From assembly GCA_951406725.2 (NCBI GenBank), contig OX597816.1, positions 131,502,001 to 131,566,000 of the forward strand: 64,000 nucleotides of DNA, given 5' to 3'. Position 1 is the stretch's first letter. Every line of letters begins with the position of its first letter. The translations under genes and the position numbers were made by a program. This DNA comes from Octopus vulgaris. Taxonomy: Eukaryota. The notes beneath the pieces are model-generated. The model made no database searches. It saw nothing but the letters and a program-made list of their open reading frames with translations, and was not told the origin of the DNA. Positions 51,925 through 64,000 of this stretch are shown piece after piece.

Positions 51925-52250
51925 TATTCTTTTATAGGTTTCAGTCATTTAATTATGACCATGCTGGAGCACTGCCTTGAGGGGTTTTAGTTTAACAAAT
52001 TGATACCAGGACTTATTTTTGTAAGCCTGGTACTTATGAGGATGTCAACACACCAACACCAGTTGCCAAAGACACACACATATACACATATATATACGAT
52101 GGGCTTCTTTCAGTTTCTGTCTGCCAAATCCACTCATAAGGCTTTGGTGGGCCTGAGGTGATAGCAGATGCCTTCAGTGCCATAAAGTGGGCCTGAACCT
52201 GAAAGCATGTAGTTGGGAACAAGCTTCTCACCACACAGCCACTCCTATGC
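51925..52250 (-). mobile_element. SINE family A (partially deleted)
   Basis: Matches the copy at 31048-31455. Confidence 0.8.
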
Positions 52251-52272
52251 CTTTATATATAAATATATACCT

Positions 52273-52332
<60 letters not shown>

Positions 52333-52428
52333 AAAATATAAAGCAAAACCTAACCACATTCTATCCCTTCTAAACTAAATCATGTTTAATTAGTCATTCC
52401 CAACATGTTTGATTATCTCCTTGATTAC

Positions 52429-52474
52429 CGCCCGTTGATAAGAGACAATAATCTCGAAACCGCGGTCCGGTGCG
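52429..52474 (+). ncRNA. Type I hammerhead ribozyme candidate, U3-A8 core variant
   Basis: CGCCCG-UUGAUAA-GAGA caauaa UCUC-GAAA-CCGCGG-UC-CGG(U)GCG. All three stems form. Confidence 0.65.
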
Positions 52475-52627
52475 TATCACTTAGGCTTACAAGAAAGGGA
52501 TGGCCTCCCTTTGCAAATACCTTAAGGGCACAGAAATTGTGTCTAAAGCCAGCTGGAGACGATGATCTCCTGGGGCTAAAAAGCTACAGTAACACCCCCC
52601 CTTTGTGGTTAGCCATATTGAGATGGC

Positions 52628-52812
52628 TATTATACTATACATTGATTATCTCCCTTATACACCCACCACCCACTGACTTGGTCACCTAGGTAGTGGAAGC
52701 TATCAACTACTTCTAGTGTTTCTCCCTGGAACGTGGTAGAAGTTGGTCTCTGCACATTTTCAGTGTTTATTGCTCCTGAGCATCTGCCACAGATAAAAAC
52801 TATTTTCCTAGT
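52628..52812 (-). mobile_element. RTE-clade LINE internal fragment
   Basis: FICGRCSG...GETLEVVDSFHYLGD contains the LEVV..F.YLG motif at the end of the RT domain. Confidence 0.75.
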
Positions 52813-52845
<33 letters not shown>

Positions 52846-52885
52846 GTATATCACAAACAGAGGCACACACACACATACACACACA

Positions 52886-52966
<81 letters not shown>

Positions 52967-54699
52967 GCATATATAAATATATAGATATGCATATATGTAT
53001 GCATATGTATATGTATGTATGAGTGTGTTTAAATTTGTGTCTCCTTGTCTTGGCAGCACATGGCTGTTGTAAATGAATGTTTTTCATTTCTAGTGTTCTG
53101 TGGAAACATACTGCCATGGAAACAAGTAGGAATCAGCATATTAGGTCTGTGATCATCATCATTATCATCACCATCATCGTTCCAATGTCTGCTTTTCCAA
53201 TTTTGCATGGGTTGATGGAATTTCTTCTCTTCTTTTATTGAGGCAGATTTTCTGCAGTTAGATATACATATATACATACATGTATGTGTGTGTGTGTGTG
53301 TGTGCAAAAGTGTATGCAAATATTTCTATAATAATGGCCTAACCTACAATCATGAAACCAATATTACCTAATTGCTTGACTAATTACCATGAAAACTTGA
53401 TGCACAATTCACATCCGCAGACATGTAAAGACTTGTACATACATGTACACATACACGTAATTTTGGTTATGTTTTTCACATCTTATATAAGCTACATTCC
53501 TCTTGATATCACACTTCTGTGAAAGTTTATATGCATTTATATGTTATGCTTTTATGATTTGTGTTTCCTTATAATATAAGCCCTTTGAAGATCGTCATTG
53601 TTAACATCATCATCATCATTATGACCACCACCACCACCACTTCCACTCTTGTCATCATCACTGTCATCATTGTTGTCATGATGATCATCATCTTCATCAC
53701 TAGAAAAATTTGACTTAGTGAGCATATAGATAGATGTACAGGAACTCAGCAACCAAATTGACAGAACAGCAAAGAACCGATCAAAAACTTTTATTTGGAT
53801 CTCCCATCATACATATTGTTACTCCCCTTGTTACCCTGTGAATCTATAATGAGGCTACATTAGATAGATACACTACATATTATATGAAGGGTTGTAGCTA
53901 ACTATTACACATGTACAATGTAATGAATATCAGCTGTAAGAAGTGAAACCTGTTTGTAATTATGTACTTTGCAACATTAAATTATGTATTTTTGCAATTA
54001 TGTGTTATAGAATGTTTAATAATGTATATTGAAATGGTTTAAATGTGAAAATGTACTTTGGTATACATAATCTTGAAATGATTTGATTGAAGTAATGTAT
54101 TTTGGATATAATATGATATTTTGGAATATGTTATAATATATTTTGAAATAATTTGATTTTGATGAATTTGTTTTTGAATATGTATTATTGCATTTTTAAA
54201 TGATTTGATTGGCATAATGTACTTTGGAATTAAAGGCAATATAAATGGAATAGAGTATTTCCTTTTTTTTAAAAATATTATTATTTTTCTCTCTAAAGTG
54301 GCAAAATGGATGAATTGTTAGCATGCCAGATAAAATGCTTAGTGACATTTTGTCCACCTATAGGTTCTGAGCTGAACTTCCACCAAGGTGGACTTTGCTT
54401 TTTATCATTGGCTCATCCAATGTTGATTTGTTCAATTATTGTTTTTGGGATCAATAAAACAAATGTGAGTTGAGTATTGGGATCAAAGCAATTGACTGGT
54501 CCCCTTCACCCAAAATTTCAGGATTTGTGCCTATAGTAAAAGGAATTATTTCTCTCTCTCTCTCTTGCTCTGTCTGTCTGCCTGTCTGTCTACCTGTCTG
54601 CCACTCTGTCTACCTGTCTGTCACTGTCTCTGTCTGTCTGTCTCTGTCACTCTGTCTCTCTTTCTCTGTCTCTCCTTTCTCTGTCACTCTCTGTAGTGC

Positions 54700-55550
54700 A
54701 CCAACACATGGCAGCATATGGTTGTGTGCACAGTGAGACCTAGCAGTGACCTTTAAGTGGCAGTGTGTTGAGTGATATAGCTGTTTTCTTCAAAGGTTGT
54801 GAAATTTGTGTTTTTGTGATCACATGTATGCTGTAGTCTGTGATTTTGTCACAAACAGGAACATAGAGGCAACATGAAATTTTGTGTTTAACTTGGCAAG
54901 TCTGCTACAGAGACATTGAGCATGCTTCAGCAAGTTTATGGCAATGAGGCAATGGGTTGTATGCAATGTTTTGAGTGGTACAAGAGCTTCAAAAGGGGAA
55001 GAATGTCCCTGGAAGGCGTTGAGCAATCTCAAAGATCTTCCATGAGCATCACTCCCAGAAATGTGGTATTGTGTATTGAGAATTCATCCCCCAATGCCAA
55101 ATTGTCAACCAATAGTTCTACTGCAACATTTTGAAGCATTTGAGAGAGGACTTTTGACGAAAGTGATTGGATCTGTGGTGCATGAAGAATTGGATTCTTG
55201 ACTGAACTCACTTGTGAGTTTCTCGCCAAAAACAATATGGTATCACTTCTGCACCCACCCAGTTCATCAGATTTAGCACCCGTGGACTTCCATTTCTTCC
55301 CTCAGATGAAAATGCAGCTCAAAGGCCACCGTTTTGACACCATTGTCAAAATCAAGAGCAGATTGCAGAAGGTACCCAACTCGCTTATAGAAAATGACTT
55401 CTAGGTCAAAATCCCAAAGTGGCAGGAATGCTGAGACTGGCATATTGCTGCTCAAGGTGTCTATTCCGAAGGAGATGATGTTAAAACTTAGGTAAATAAG
55501 TTATTTTTTAGTAAGCATAACTAGTTTGGAAACCTTTTGATATCACCTCA
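54700..55550 (+). mobile_element. Decayed mariner element
   Basis: KFCVKLGKSATETLSMLQQVYG...FEWYKSFKRGR and LHPPSSSDLAPVDFHFFPQMK. Right end gaaaccttttgatatcacctc. Confidence 0.8.
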
Positions 55551-55828
55551 TCATCATCATCATCATCATTTAGCGTCCGCTTTCCATGCTAGCATGGGTT
55601 GGACTGTTCAACTGGGGTCTGGGAAGCCAGAAGGCTGCACCAGGCCCAGTCTGATCTGGCAATGTTTCTACGGCTGGATGCCCTTCCTAACACCAACCAC
55701 TCCGTGAGTGTAGTGGGTGCTTTTTACGTGCCACTGGCACAGGTGCCAGACAAGGCTGGCAAACGGCCACGATCGGATGGTGCTTTTTACGTGTCACCGG
55801 CACGGGGGCCAGGTGAGGCTGGCAATGG

Positions 55829-55830
<2 letters not shown>
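55548..55830 (-). mobile_element. Family C repeat
   Basis: Close match to 29752-30030. Further copies at about 3655-3890, 18930-19110, 49380-49565, 62325-62565 and 63020-63350. Confidence 0.85.
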
Positions 55831-55877
<47 letters not shown>

Positions 55878-55918
55878 ATGTATGCATGTATGTATGTATA
55901 TATGTATATATATGTATA

Positions 55919-55962
<44 letters not shown>

Positions 55963-56502
55963 CAATTAATAAAAACAGAGAGAAACAAAAAAAAAACAAA
56001 TGTCGGGATGAAGCACAAGCAATGTATTAGTATGATGCTCAGAGAGAAAAGAGGATAATTGTTTTTACATTTTGAACATAGCTCTTCTTCGGAAACAGGA
56101 AAAACAGGACGGTCGAAAGGGAAAGAAGGAAGAAGGAGTAAAAAAATCACCAACAGACCATGTAAAGTTACATTTCTGAAGTGACTGAAAGTAGAAGGAA
56201 TGAAGAGAAAGTGCCTTCTGGGACAGGTAAGTGTGAAGATGGTCGGTATGTATATGTGTGTGGTAGCATGTGTGTGTGATAGCATGTTTATGTATGGTAG
56301 TGTGTGTGGCAGTAACTGTATGTGTGTGTGCATGTAGTGATAACTGAGTGTGCGTGTGTGGTGTGTGTGTGTGTGATATTAACTGTGTGTGTGTTTGTGT
56401 TGACTATGTGTATCTGTTTGTGTGAGTAAACAGAGTGGGAATGTGTATATGTGTACATATGCGCATGGGTACATGTGTGTGTATCACTGTCTCTCTCTCA
56501 TG

Positions 56503-56551
<49 letters not shown>

Positions 56552-59500
56552 TGTACCTGCTATATTCTTGGATAAAATCAGTTACATTAACTCCAGAGTT
56601 ACATTAGAAGCCTGAAAGATAAAGTAGACCTAGTTGGAAGTAAAATTCAAAATATAAATGGACATAACCAAATACCATAAGAATTTTGGTTGTGATAAGA
56701 TATTGTGGAAAATATTAGAACATCTTACCAATTCTACTTATCAGTTATCTACCATTCACTCACTTATCAATGGTCTCTCTACATAATTGTACAAATCAAC
56801 AAATTAACATTAATACTTTAAATATTCATGAATATCTCTTTCTAAAATACATGCGTTGTTGTATAGAAAGATTGTACTATCATAACAAGCATGAATGAAA
56901 TCCAACTGTATGAACAAGCTAGATTTCAAAGTGATTTTCCCATCATTAACCACCTATACCATGAAACAAATAACTGAGAATTTCCCACAGTATAACAACT
57001 AACTTTGTGTAGCTTTGTGAATAACTAAAAAGTGTTTGACTCTATTGAAACAGCTGCAGTGATGACAGCCATAACAGATTGCGGTCTACAATCAGCATAT
57101 ATTTCATGTCTTAAAATGTATTTACCACCAAATTTCATCTTACATCAGACTACATAGATTTAAAACCAATTTCTGGTGTTGATTCTTTGCTCTCCATCTC
57201 TCTCTTTCTCTTTTGCTCCTTTCCCTCTATGTTGCTCTTCTCCATCTCTGTTGCTCTTCTCCTTCTCTCTTGTACTTCTCCTTCTGCCTTGCTTTTCTCT
57301 CTCTTTCTCATCTGTCTATTTGTCTGTCTATCTGTCTGTTTCCTTTAAGCTGTTAGAGGGTCAGGAAGAACCATTCACAATGCCACCTTTCCTCCAAGAA
57401 GTACAGAAGTGTTGAGCTAGAGATTATCTACCTTTTCTCATCCAGCATGCAACAAAATCTGTTCATGGAACATTATGGGCAAGGACGAGCCAATGTTTCA
57501 TATAGCACAGAATGCTTAATACAAAAAAAGGATGTTATATGAAGGACATTTGGTTCCTATTCCTAATAGTTTGTGCAAACACATAAAGGCTTTCTCATTG
57601 GTTCAGAATAATGCAGTTATTATTATATCTTGAATGCCTTTCATCATAGGTTTGTTGAATCAAGTTTGGAGCTAAAAACAACAATTCTATGTATTTCTAT
57701 GAACTTATTACCAGCAATATTGATATAATCCTTGTTATTTAACAAGACTTGCAGTGGGCTATGCTGGCAAGAATCAGTACAAGAAAAGTAACGAATTAAA
57801 TATCTTAATTTATTCTGAGGTTTTGGGTCAAGTCTTTCTTGGATACATTTTTTGACTTAATTAGAGGATAAGGGTAATGCCTAAAACTTTTTTTTAGATG
57901 TCTGAGAGCAGAACAGGAGAGAGATATGAAGAAGCCACTATTCAAAGGTTACTGCAATAAGACAAAATATCAAAATATGGATTTTTTCTTAGATTAGAAG
58001 CCTGATCCCAGAGCTTGCAGCAGATTGAACTTTGCTAAGAACACTTAAGGGCCATGTGGTGATGTTGAACAGGATGACAGATTAACCCTTTTGATATTAA
58101 CCAGCCTAAGACTGCCTCTGGTTCTATGATTCAAACTTCTTGTTCTAAAATGTTCTAAATTAAAACCTTCCTTTGAAATTTCATGGTACTTGCTTTATCG
58201 ACCCTGAAAGAATGAAAGGCAAAGTCAACCTTGAAAGAATTTGAACTCAGAATGTAAAAATAATGATGATGATGATTTGTACACGAACACTTCCCATTTA
58301 ATTATGGTTCAATTAGCAGAAATCCCATGGAAAAGCTTCTAAATTTGCTTTAATTCCATACTGTACACACAAGCTAAATCTCCTCTTTAACTATTCCTTT
58401 TCATTTCATGAGACTCACTCCTATGCACAAATACATGCCAAGTGAGAAAGCATCTGTGGTCACTTTAAACTGACAAGGCAACCAGTTCCGATAACATTCT
58501 TCCAATTACCCCCAGTACCTCAAGGCTAGTCCCTAACCTTGCCAGCACTTCAATCTCTCTCCTTCTCTCTCTCTCTCTCTCTCTGAATATATTTTGATGT
58601 TTGGAAACCTGCTATAGTGTAGCCTGCTTCTAAGAGGTCTTCCCATATGACCCTGTCACCTATCATCCTTTCACTCTTCTAACATTGATAATGTTTTCTA
58701 TTACATTGAATCTTCCTTTAATGACTATCAGTATGGCTTTTGTTAAGCCAGATCTGTTTTCAAATCTGGTGAAAATATTATTGTTATTCTCAACATCACC
58801 AACACTGAGTGTATCTGACATACAAATTTTCTGGCAAAGTCTTCAACTATGGGCCTCAATCACCTCTCATCTTTTGGATCAGTGTTTCCTTTCAGGCCTT
58901 AGTATTGCTGTGGTGTGTGATAATGAACTCGCACCTTATTAACTCTTATGACACTCAGTGTTAAGCTTTTGTCTCCCAATTCATTGTCTATCCCAGTGTA
59001 GAACTGTTGCTAAATAGTTGGCTGATCACATGTTAGTGCAACTAATATCTGAAGTGGTTATATGACCAGATAAAGGCAGAAGTAATAGAGTACCATTTTA
59101 AATGCCTAAAAAAGTATTTAGTTTCATCTTATGAGTTTAAGTTTTGCTGGGATTGATTTTGCCGTTCATTTCTCAGAGGCTAATAAAAGAACTACTGAGA
59201 AAGGACTAGAATTTATTCAAAGAATTACACCTCTTCTCCTCAAATTTTTGGCCCTGTGTCAATGGGAGAGATTATTAAGTAGATCCTCTTGATACCGTAA
59301 CCTTTTCTTCCAAGTTCATGATTAATATCATTCTTCAATTAGTATAAAATTATTAAAAAATACCCTCTTTTAATGACTGCAATACAAGGGCATACACTAG
59401 ATTCATTTTGTTAAATGTTCCCCCAGGACTTGGATTTCATATATATAGATTGCATATTATTGATCATAATGAATATTTAACATGAAAATAGGCAATTAAT

Positions 59501-59577
59501 GATTTTGTCTATTCAAGGTTTCAAATTGTATTCAGCCGAAGGTTTCTTTAAAAGGTTAATATTCTATTAACAAATAA

Positions 59578-59613
<36 letters not shown>

Positions 59614-60628
59614 CATATGTATATGTATACACACACACACATGTATGTATGTATGTATGTATGTATGTATGTATGTATTTATGTATGTATGTAAAACAGT
59701 GAAAACTGTAAAACTGTTCAACAATTACAAATATACCACCAGTTTATTATACAGTATGAAAGAAAATATAGAATGGCTGATAAATTCACACAAGAAAATT
59801 ACTTATTACAACTAAATTTTTAAAAGTATTTTTGTTTGTTTTTGTGTTATCATCAAAATACAAAAATTATTAATGCTTGATATTGAAGTTGAACATATTA
59901 ATTTCAAATCTTATAAATATTTAATTATTCTCTTCTGATAAGCTATGAACTCACTTTTGTGTGAAATTTCAGGTTAGCAAGAGAGAAACAAAACAGGTTT
60001 TGTTCTGTGTCTAGTTTTAACTAAATTTTGACCTTTATTCCACCCATATCTTCACACTGCATTAAGTTCCAACCATGACTATTTTTTAATGCTTATCATG
60101 GAATTTGAGAAATGAATTTTTGATTTTAATTCAGAAATTATCTAGAAATATGCAAAATTTTATACAACTAATCAAATCATCCAGACGGGTCTTATCCCAA
60201 TGATTAGCAGTTCAATACTTTTATTTAAAAGAAAATAGAAAATTTGAAAGTCATTAAATGATGTAGGTCCTTGAGTGGGTAATGGCAAAAGGCTTAAAAG
60301 AACAGTATGTAGCTTGTTTTTACACCAAAATCCATCTTTCAAATGAAATATTTGAATTGTTGTGTAGATCTTTGAAGTTGAATATGGCTTAAGATTGAAA
60401 TGGTTATAGTGGTGTGGATTACTTCAGTGATAACATGAGATAATTCTTCACCTACTTCAAAATATATGGAAACAGTGTGATACTGTTACACTTCTTGGTA
60501 AATGAAGCAAAAGTTTCAGAACACTGAGGCTGCTATCACTAGGAATGATTTTGACTAAAATATAATGTGTAGCTGTAATGGCTTTCTTGATGGAGTAGTC
60601 AAAAGTTGTATTACTAAGGTGACATTAA

Positions 60629-61276
60629 ACCTTTAGCATTCACATTATTTTGTCAAAAGTAAGGTGACAAGCTGGCAGAAACGTTAGCATGCTGGGCGAA
60701 ATGTGTAGCCGTATATTGTCTGCCATTACGTTCTGAGTTCAAATTCCACCGAGGTCGACTATGCCTTTCATCCTTTCGGGGTCGATAAATTAAGTACCAG
60801 TTACACACTGGGGTTGATGTAATCAACTTGATCCATTTGTCTGTCCTTGTTTGTCCCCTCTGTGTTTAGCCCCTTGTGGGTAGTAAAGAAATAAGAAACA
60901 TTAGCATGCCAGGCGAAATGCTTAGCAGTATTTTTGCTGTCTCTATGTTCTGAGTTCAAATTCCGCCAAGGTTGGCTTTGACTTTCATCCTTTTGGGGTC
61001 GATAAGTTAAGTACCAGTTGCGTACTGGGGTCAATCTAATCGACTGGCACCCTCCCCCAAAATTTCAGGCCTTGTGCCTAGAGTAGAAAAGATTATTTTG
61101 TCAAATATAAATGCATATTTATTCCAATTGTTTTGAATTAATCATGCATTATCTTGTAGCTTTGAGGTTTTAATGAGGTAACTGTTAATTTTTAGAATGA
61201 TATTGTAGTATTGGTGTGAAAGGCCAGATCTGACCAGATATTTTGGTTGGATATGGCTGGTTTGAATGCTAAAGGG
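60629..61276. mobile_element. piggyBac-like TTAA MITE interrupted by a SINE B dimer
   Basis: ttaa|acctttagcattc...gaatgctaaaggg|ttaa. The insertion is flanked by the 14-bp duplication attattttgtcaaa (60644-60657 and 61092-61105). Confidence 0.8.
60658..61091 (+). mobile_element. SINE family B dimer with two different 3' tails
   Basis: Unit 1 ends ccccttgtgggtagtaaagaaata. Unit 2 ends ggccttgtgcctagagtagaaaag. Confidence 0.85.
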
Positions 61277-63589
61277 TTAAGTGGAACCACCAATAATAAG
61301 TAACTAAGGAGACATTTAGGAATCTATTATTTATATTTATGACATACAGACTATTTAAAAAATATATGAAATAAAATCATAGTGGTTTACAAATCTGAGT
61401 AGTGGAAGCAAATTACTGCTACTCCCACTGCTTTGCATATAATGTATAAGATATGTAATAAAATTTATGATGTATAAGTGCCTATATATCAATGATAAGT
61501 AGTTTTGAGAATAGGAGACATTAATCCAACTATGAACCTTATATTATCTATTATGTTAGCAATGAAAAATTGATTACTGTATTCTCTGAGTATCTTCGAG
61601 TGATATAAAAATAAACATACATTCCTTAAATTAAATTAATGTTTACATCAAAAATCTAATTAGAAGTAATTATGCATTGTGGAAAAGTCAACATTACCTC
61701 AGTGACTAATATTATTTTAATCAGTTCAGCTAATATGGGAGATAACTTTAGCCATGTTTCAGACTTATGAGACCTTAAGCAAAACATACACTTCACAATA
61801 TTGCTGAAGTAGTGATGAAAGAATTGCTTCCTCCTTATTGTTACTCAGTGGTTTTAAAAATACATATGGCCATGAAACCAATGTCTTGTAAGTCAATTCA
61901 AGCAAAAGAAAAGGTATACATGTAAAACTGTATGGGTTTGCATAGGGCCAACATCCCTACCTAGAAAACTGTAAAGTTACAGAAGTGTTGATAACAAGTC
62001 AAAACCAACAAAACCTGGAAGAAGAAGGGCTTCCCTCAGGGAAACATGATGCACTGTTGCAAAATCTGAAAGAAAGCTGCAATACTGATTCCCTTTAAGC
62101 AGAATATTGAGGAAGCACTGAAAAAGTAGGGATCCAACAGGAGGGAAGCAGGAAAGACATTCTAGATTCAAGCACAACATAGTGGCAAACATAAGGTTTG
62201 AACTGTTGACATCATGAACAGTTGATCAGTTCAATGATCCATAGTGATTTTAATATATGACACAATAAAATCCAAATTTAAGGAATATAGTCAAAATATG
62301 TTTCTTCTTTCTGCTAGGAGCTTTCATCATCATCATCTTCATCGTTTAACGTCCATTCTCCATGCTAGCATGGGTTGGGTGGTTCGACCGGGATCTGGGA
62401 AGCCAGAAGGCTGCACCAGGCTCCAGTCTGATCTGGCAGTGTTTCTACTGCTGGATGCCCTTCCTAACGCCAACCACTCCATGAGTGTAGTGGGTGCTTT
62501 TTACGTGCCAGGTGAGGCTGGCAATAGCCACGATTGGATTGGTGCTTTTTACGTGTCACTGGCAGAGCTTTCTTTTTATGATATAAATATATAGATAATG
62601 TCAATAGCTGTGTTGAATTCACAAACAAAAGAATGAAAAAAATTTTAATAAAAAAAAATATGGAATAAAATATACAATTCACCATGGTAATGTTAGGTTT
62701 TGTAGTTTGTTAAATATATTCATACAATGGACAACATAATAGACATAAGACTTATTTCTTATGTTAATAAATATATAGAGTCACTTGTCAGAACTTTTTG
62801 TGATTAGGTGTTTTTATCTATCTTATCATATTGTGACCATTTCTCATGAACTGGGCATTTTTAGAGAAAGTGGAAAAGCAATAGCTAGGTGTTGAAACCA
62901 GGGTTTACTAACTCTGCAAGTCAGCAACTACACATGTGTACATGTGGAGGACGATCAAAAGAAAGGAAGATATACGTGCATGTATGCTTATGTTTATTTT
63001 ACTGATGCTCCATAACTATCATCATCATCATCATCATTATCCTCATCATCATCATCTTTTAATGTCCATCTTCCATGCATGCATGGATAGGATGGTTGAC
63101 AGGGGCTAGCCAGGCAGGAAAACTACCCTAGGCTACTGTGTCTGTTTTGGCAGGGATTTTACAGCTGGATGCTCTTCCTAACACCAACCACTCTGCAGAG
63201 TGGACTCAGTCCTTTTTACGTGACACTAGTACTAGTGAGGTTAGTTTTGGCATGACTTTCTCTGTTGGATATCATTCCAAATGCCAACCACGTTACAGTG
63301 TGGACTGGATGCTTTTAATGTGGCATCAGCACTGGCAGAGTAACCAAGTAACTTGCAAGACAAGGAATAATGAGAGGGATAGGGCATTTGAGGAGGGTAA
63401 CTTGTGTCAGAGGATGAAAGGTTAAAGTGTGACAAAGAGACAGAGAGACAGAAGCAGGTGTCTTTCCATAACAGAGGAGGCATTAGAGGAGTTGATCCAG
63501 TATCAAATGACGAAAGGTTAGAGCGTAACAGGGAAATTGAAAGGCAGAAATAGGTGTTTTGCTATAAAGGAGATACATGGTTACCCAGT

Positions 63590-63621
63590 GAAAGAGAGAG
63601 AGAGAAAGAGAGAGAGAGATA

Positions 63622-63685
<64 letters not shown>

Positions 63686-63709
63686 TAGAGGGAGAGGGAG
63701 AGAGAGAAA

Positions 63710-63753
<44 letters not shown>

Positions 63754-63780
63754 AAAAAGAGATAGTGAGTGAGAGAGAGG
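63590..63780. repeat. (GA)n/(GT)n microsatellite
   Basis: Directly visible; one of dozens of microsatellites in the window. Confidence 0.95.
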
Positions 63781-64000
63781 CACGAGAAAGAAGCCAGAAA
63801 CAAGTGTGCTGATGTAAAGGAGACACTTGGTTACCTAGAGGAAAACAAGAGAAGGAGAGTGAGAGTGACCAAAGGGAAACAGAAAGAGAGTAGGAAACAG
63901 TAAAAGTGTAAGAGAGAGCAGAAGAGAGCTGGTGTAGTGCTAGGGTATACTCACAAATAACAAGAATATGAATGTAGAACCTGGTTAGAAAAATAGGGTG

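Noticed and set aside
56058-56095. Minus-strand ccgaaga-agagctatgttc-aaaa-tg-ta
   Set aside because: Both core boxes are mutated (CCGA, AAAA); at best a dead hammerhead.

Overview
AT-rich, repeat-saturated eukaryotic non-coding DNA (intron or intergenic). The SINE families and dense (TA)n/(CA)n/(ATC)n microsatellites are consistent with a coleoid cephalopod, probably an octopus; this is inference, not a database match. I cannot support any host protein-coding gene, and almost all listed ORFs are microsatellite or repeat artefacts. The recognisable content is: one near-complete, GC-rich Tc1 (DD34E) transposon; several decayed mariner and DD37D/maT elements and MITEs; piggyBac-like TTAA MITEs; non-autonomous Helitrons; fragments of RTE, Tx1/L1, CR1/L2 and restriction-like-endonuclease LINEs; and at least three tRNA-derived SINE families. 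The most notable signal is a set of type I hammerhead ribozyme motifs, read by eye, in short ORF-less modules next to (TA)n/(CA)n tracts and in long palindromes. These resemble Penelope-like pLTRs or retrozymes. They include motifs with unusually long stem II and motifs with the compensatory U3-A8 core variant. Coordinates of decayed repeats are approximate.
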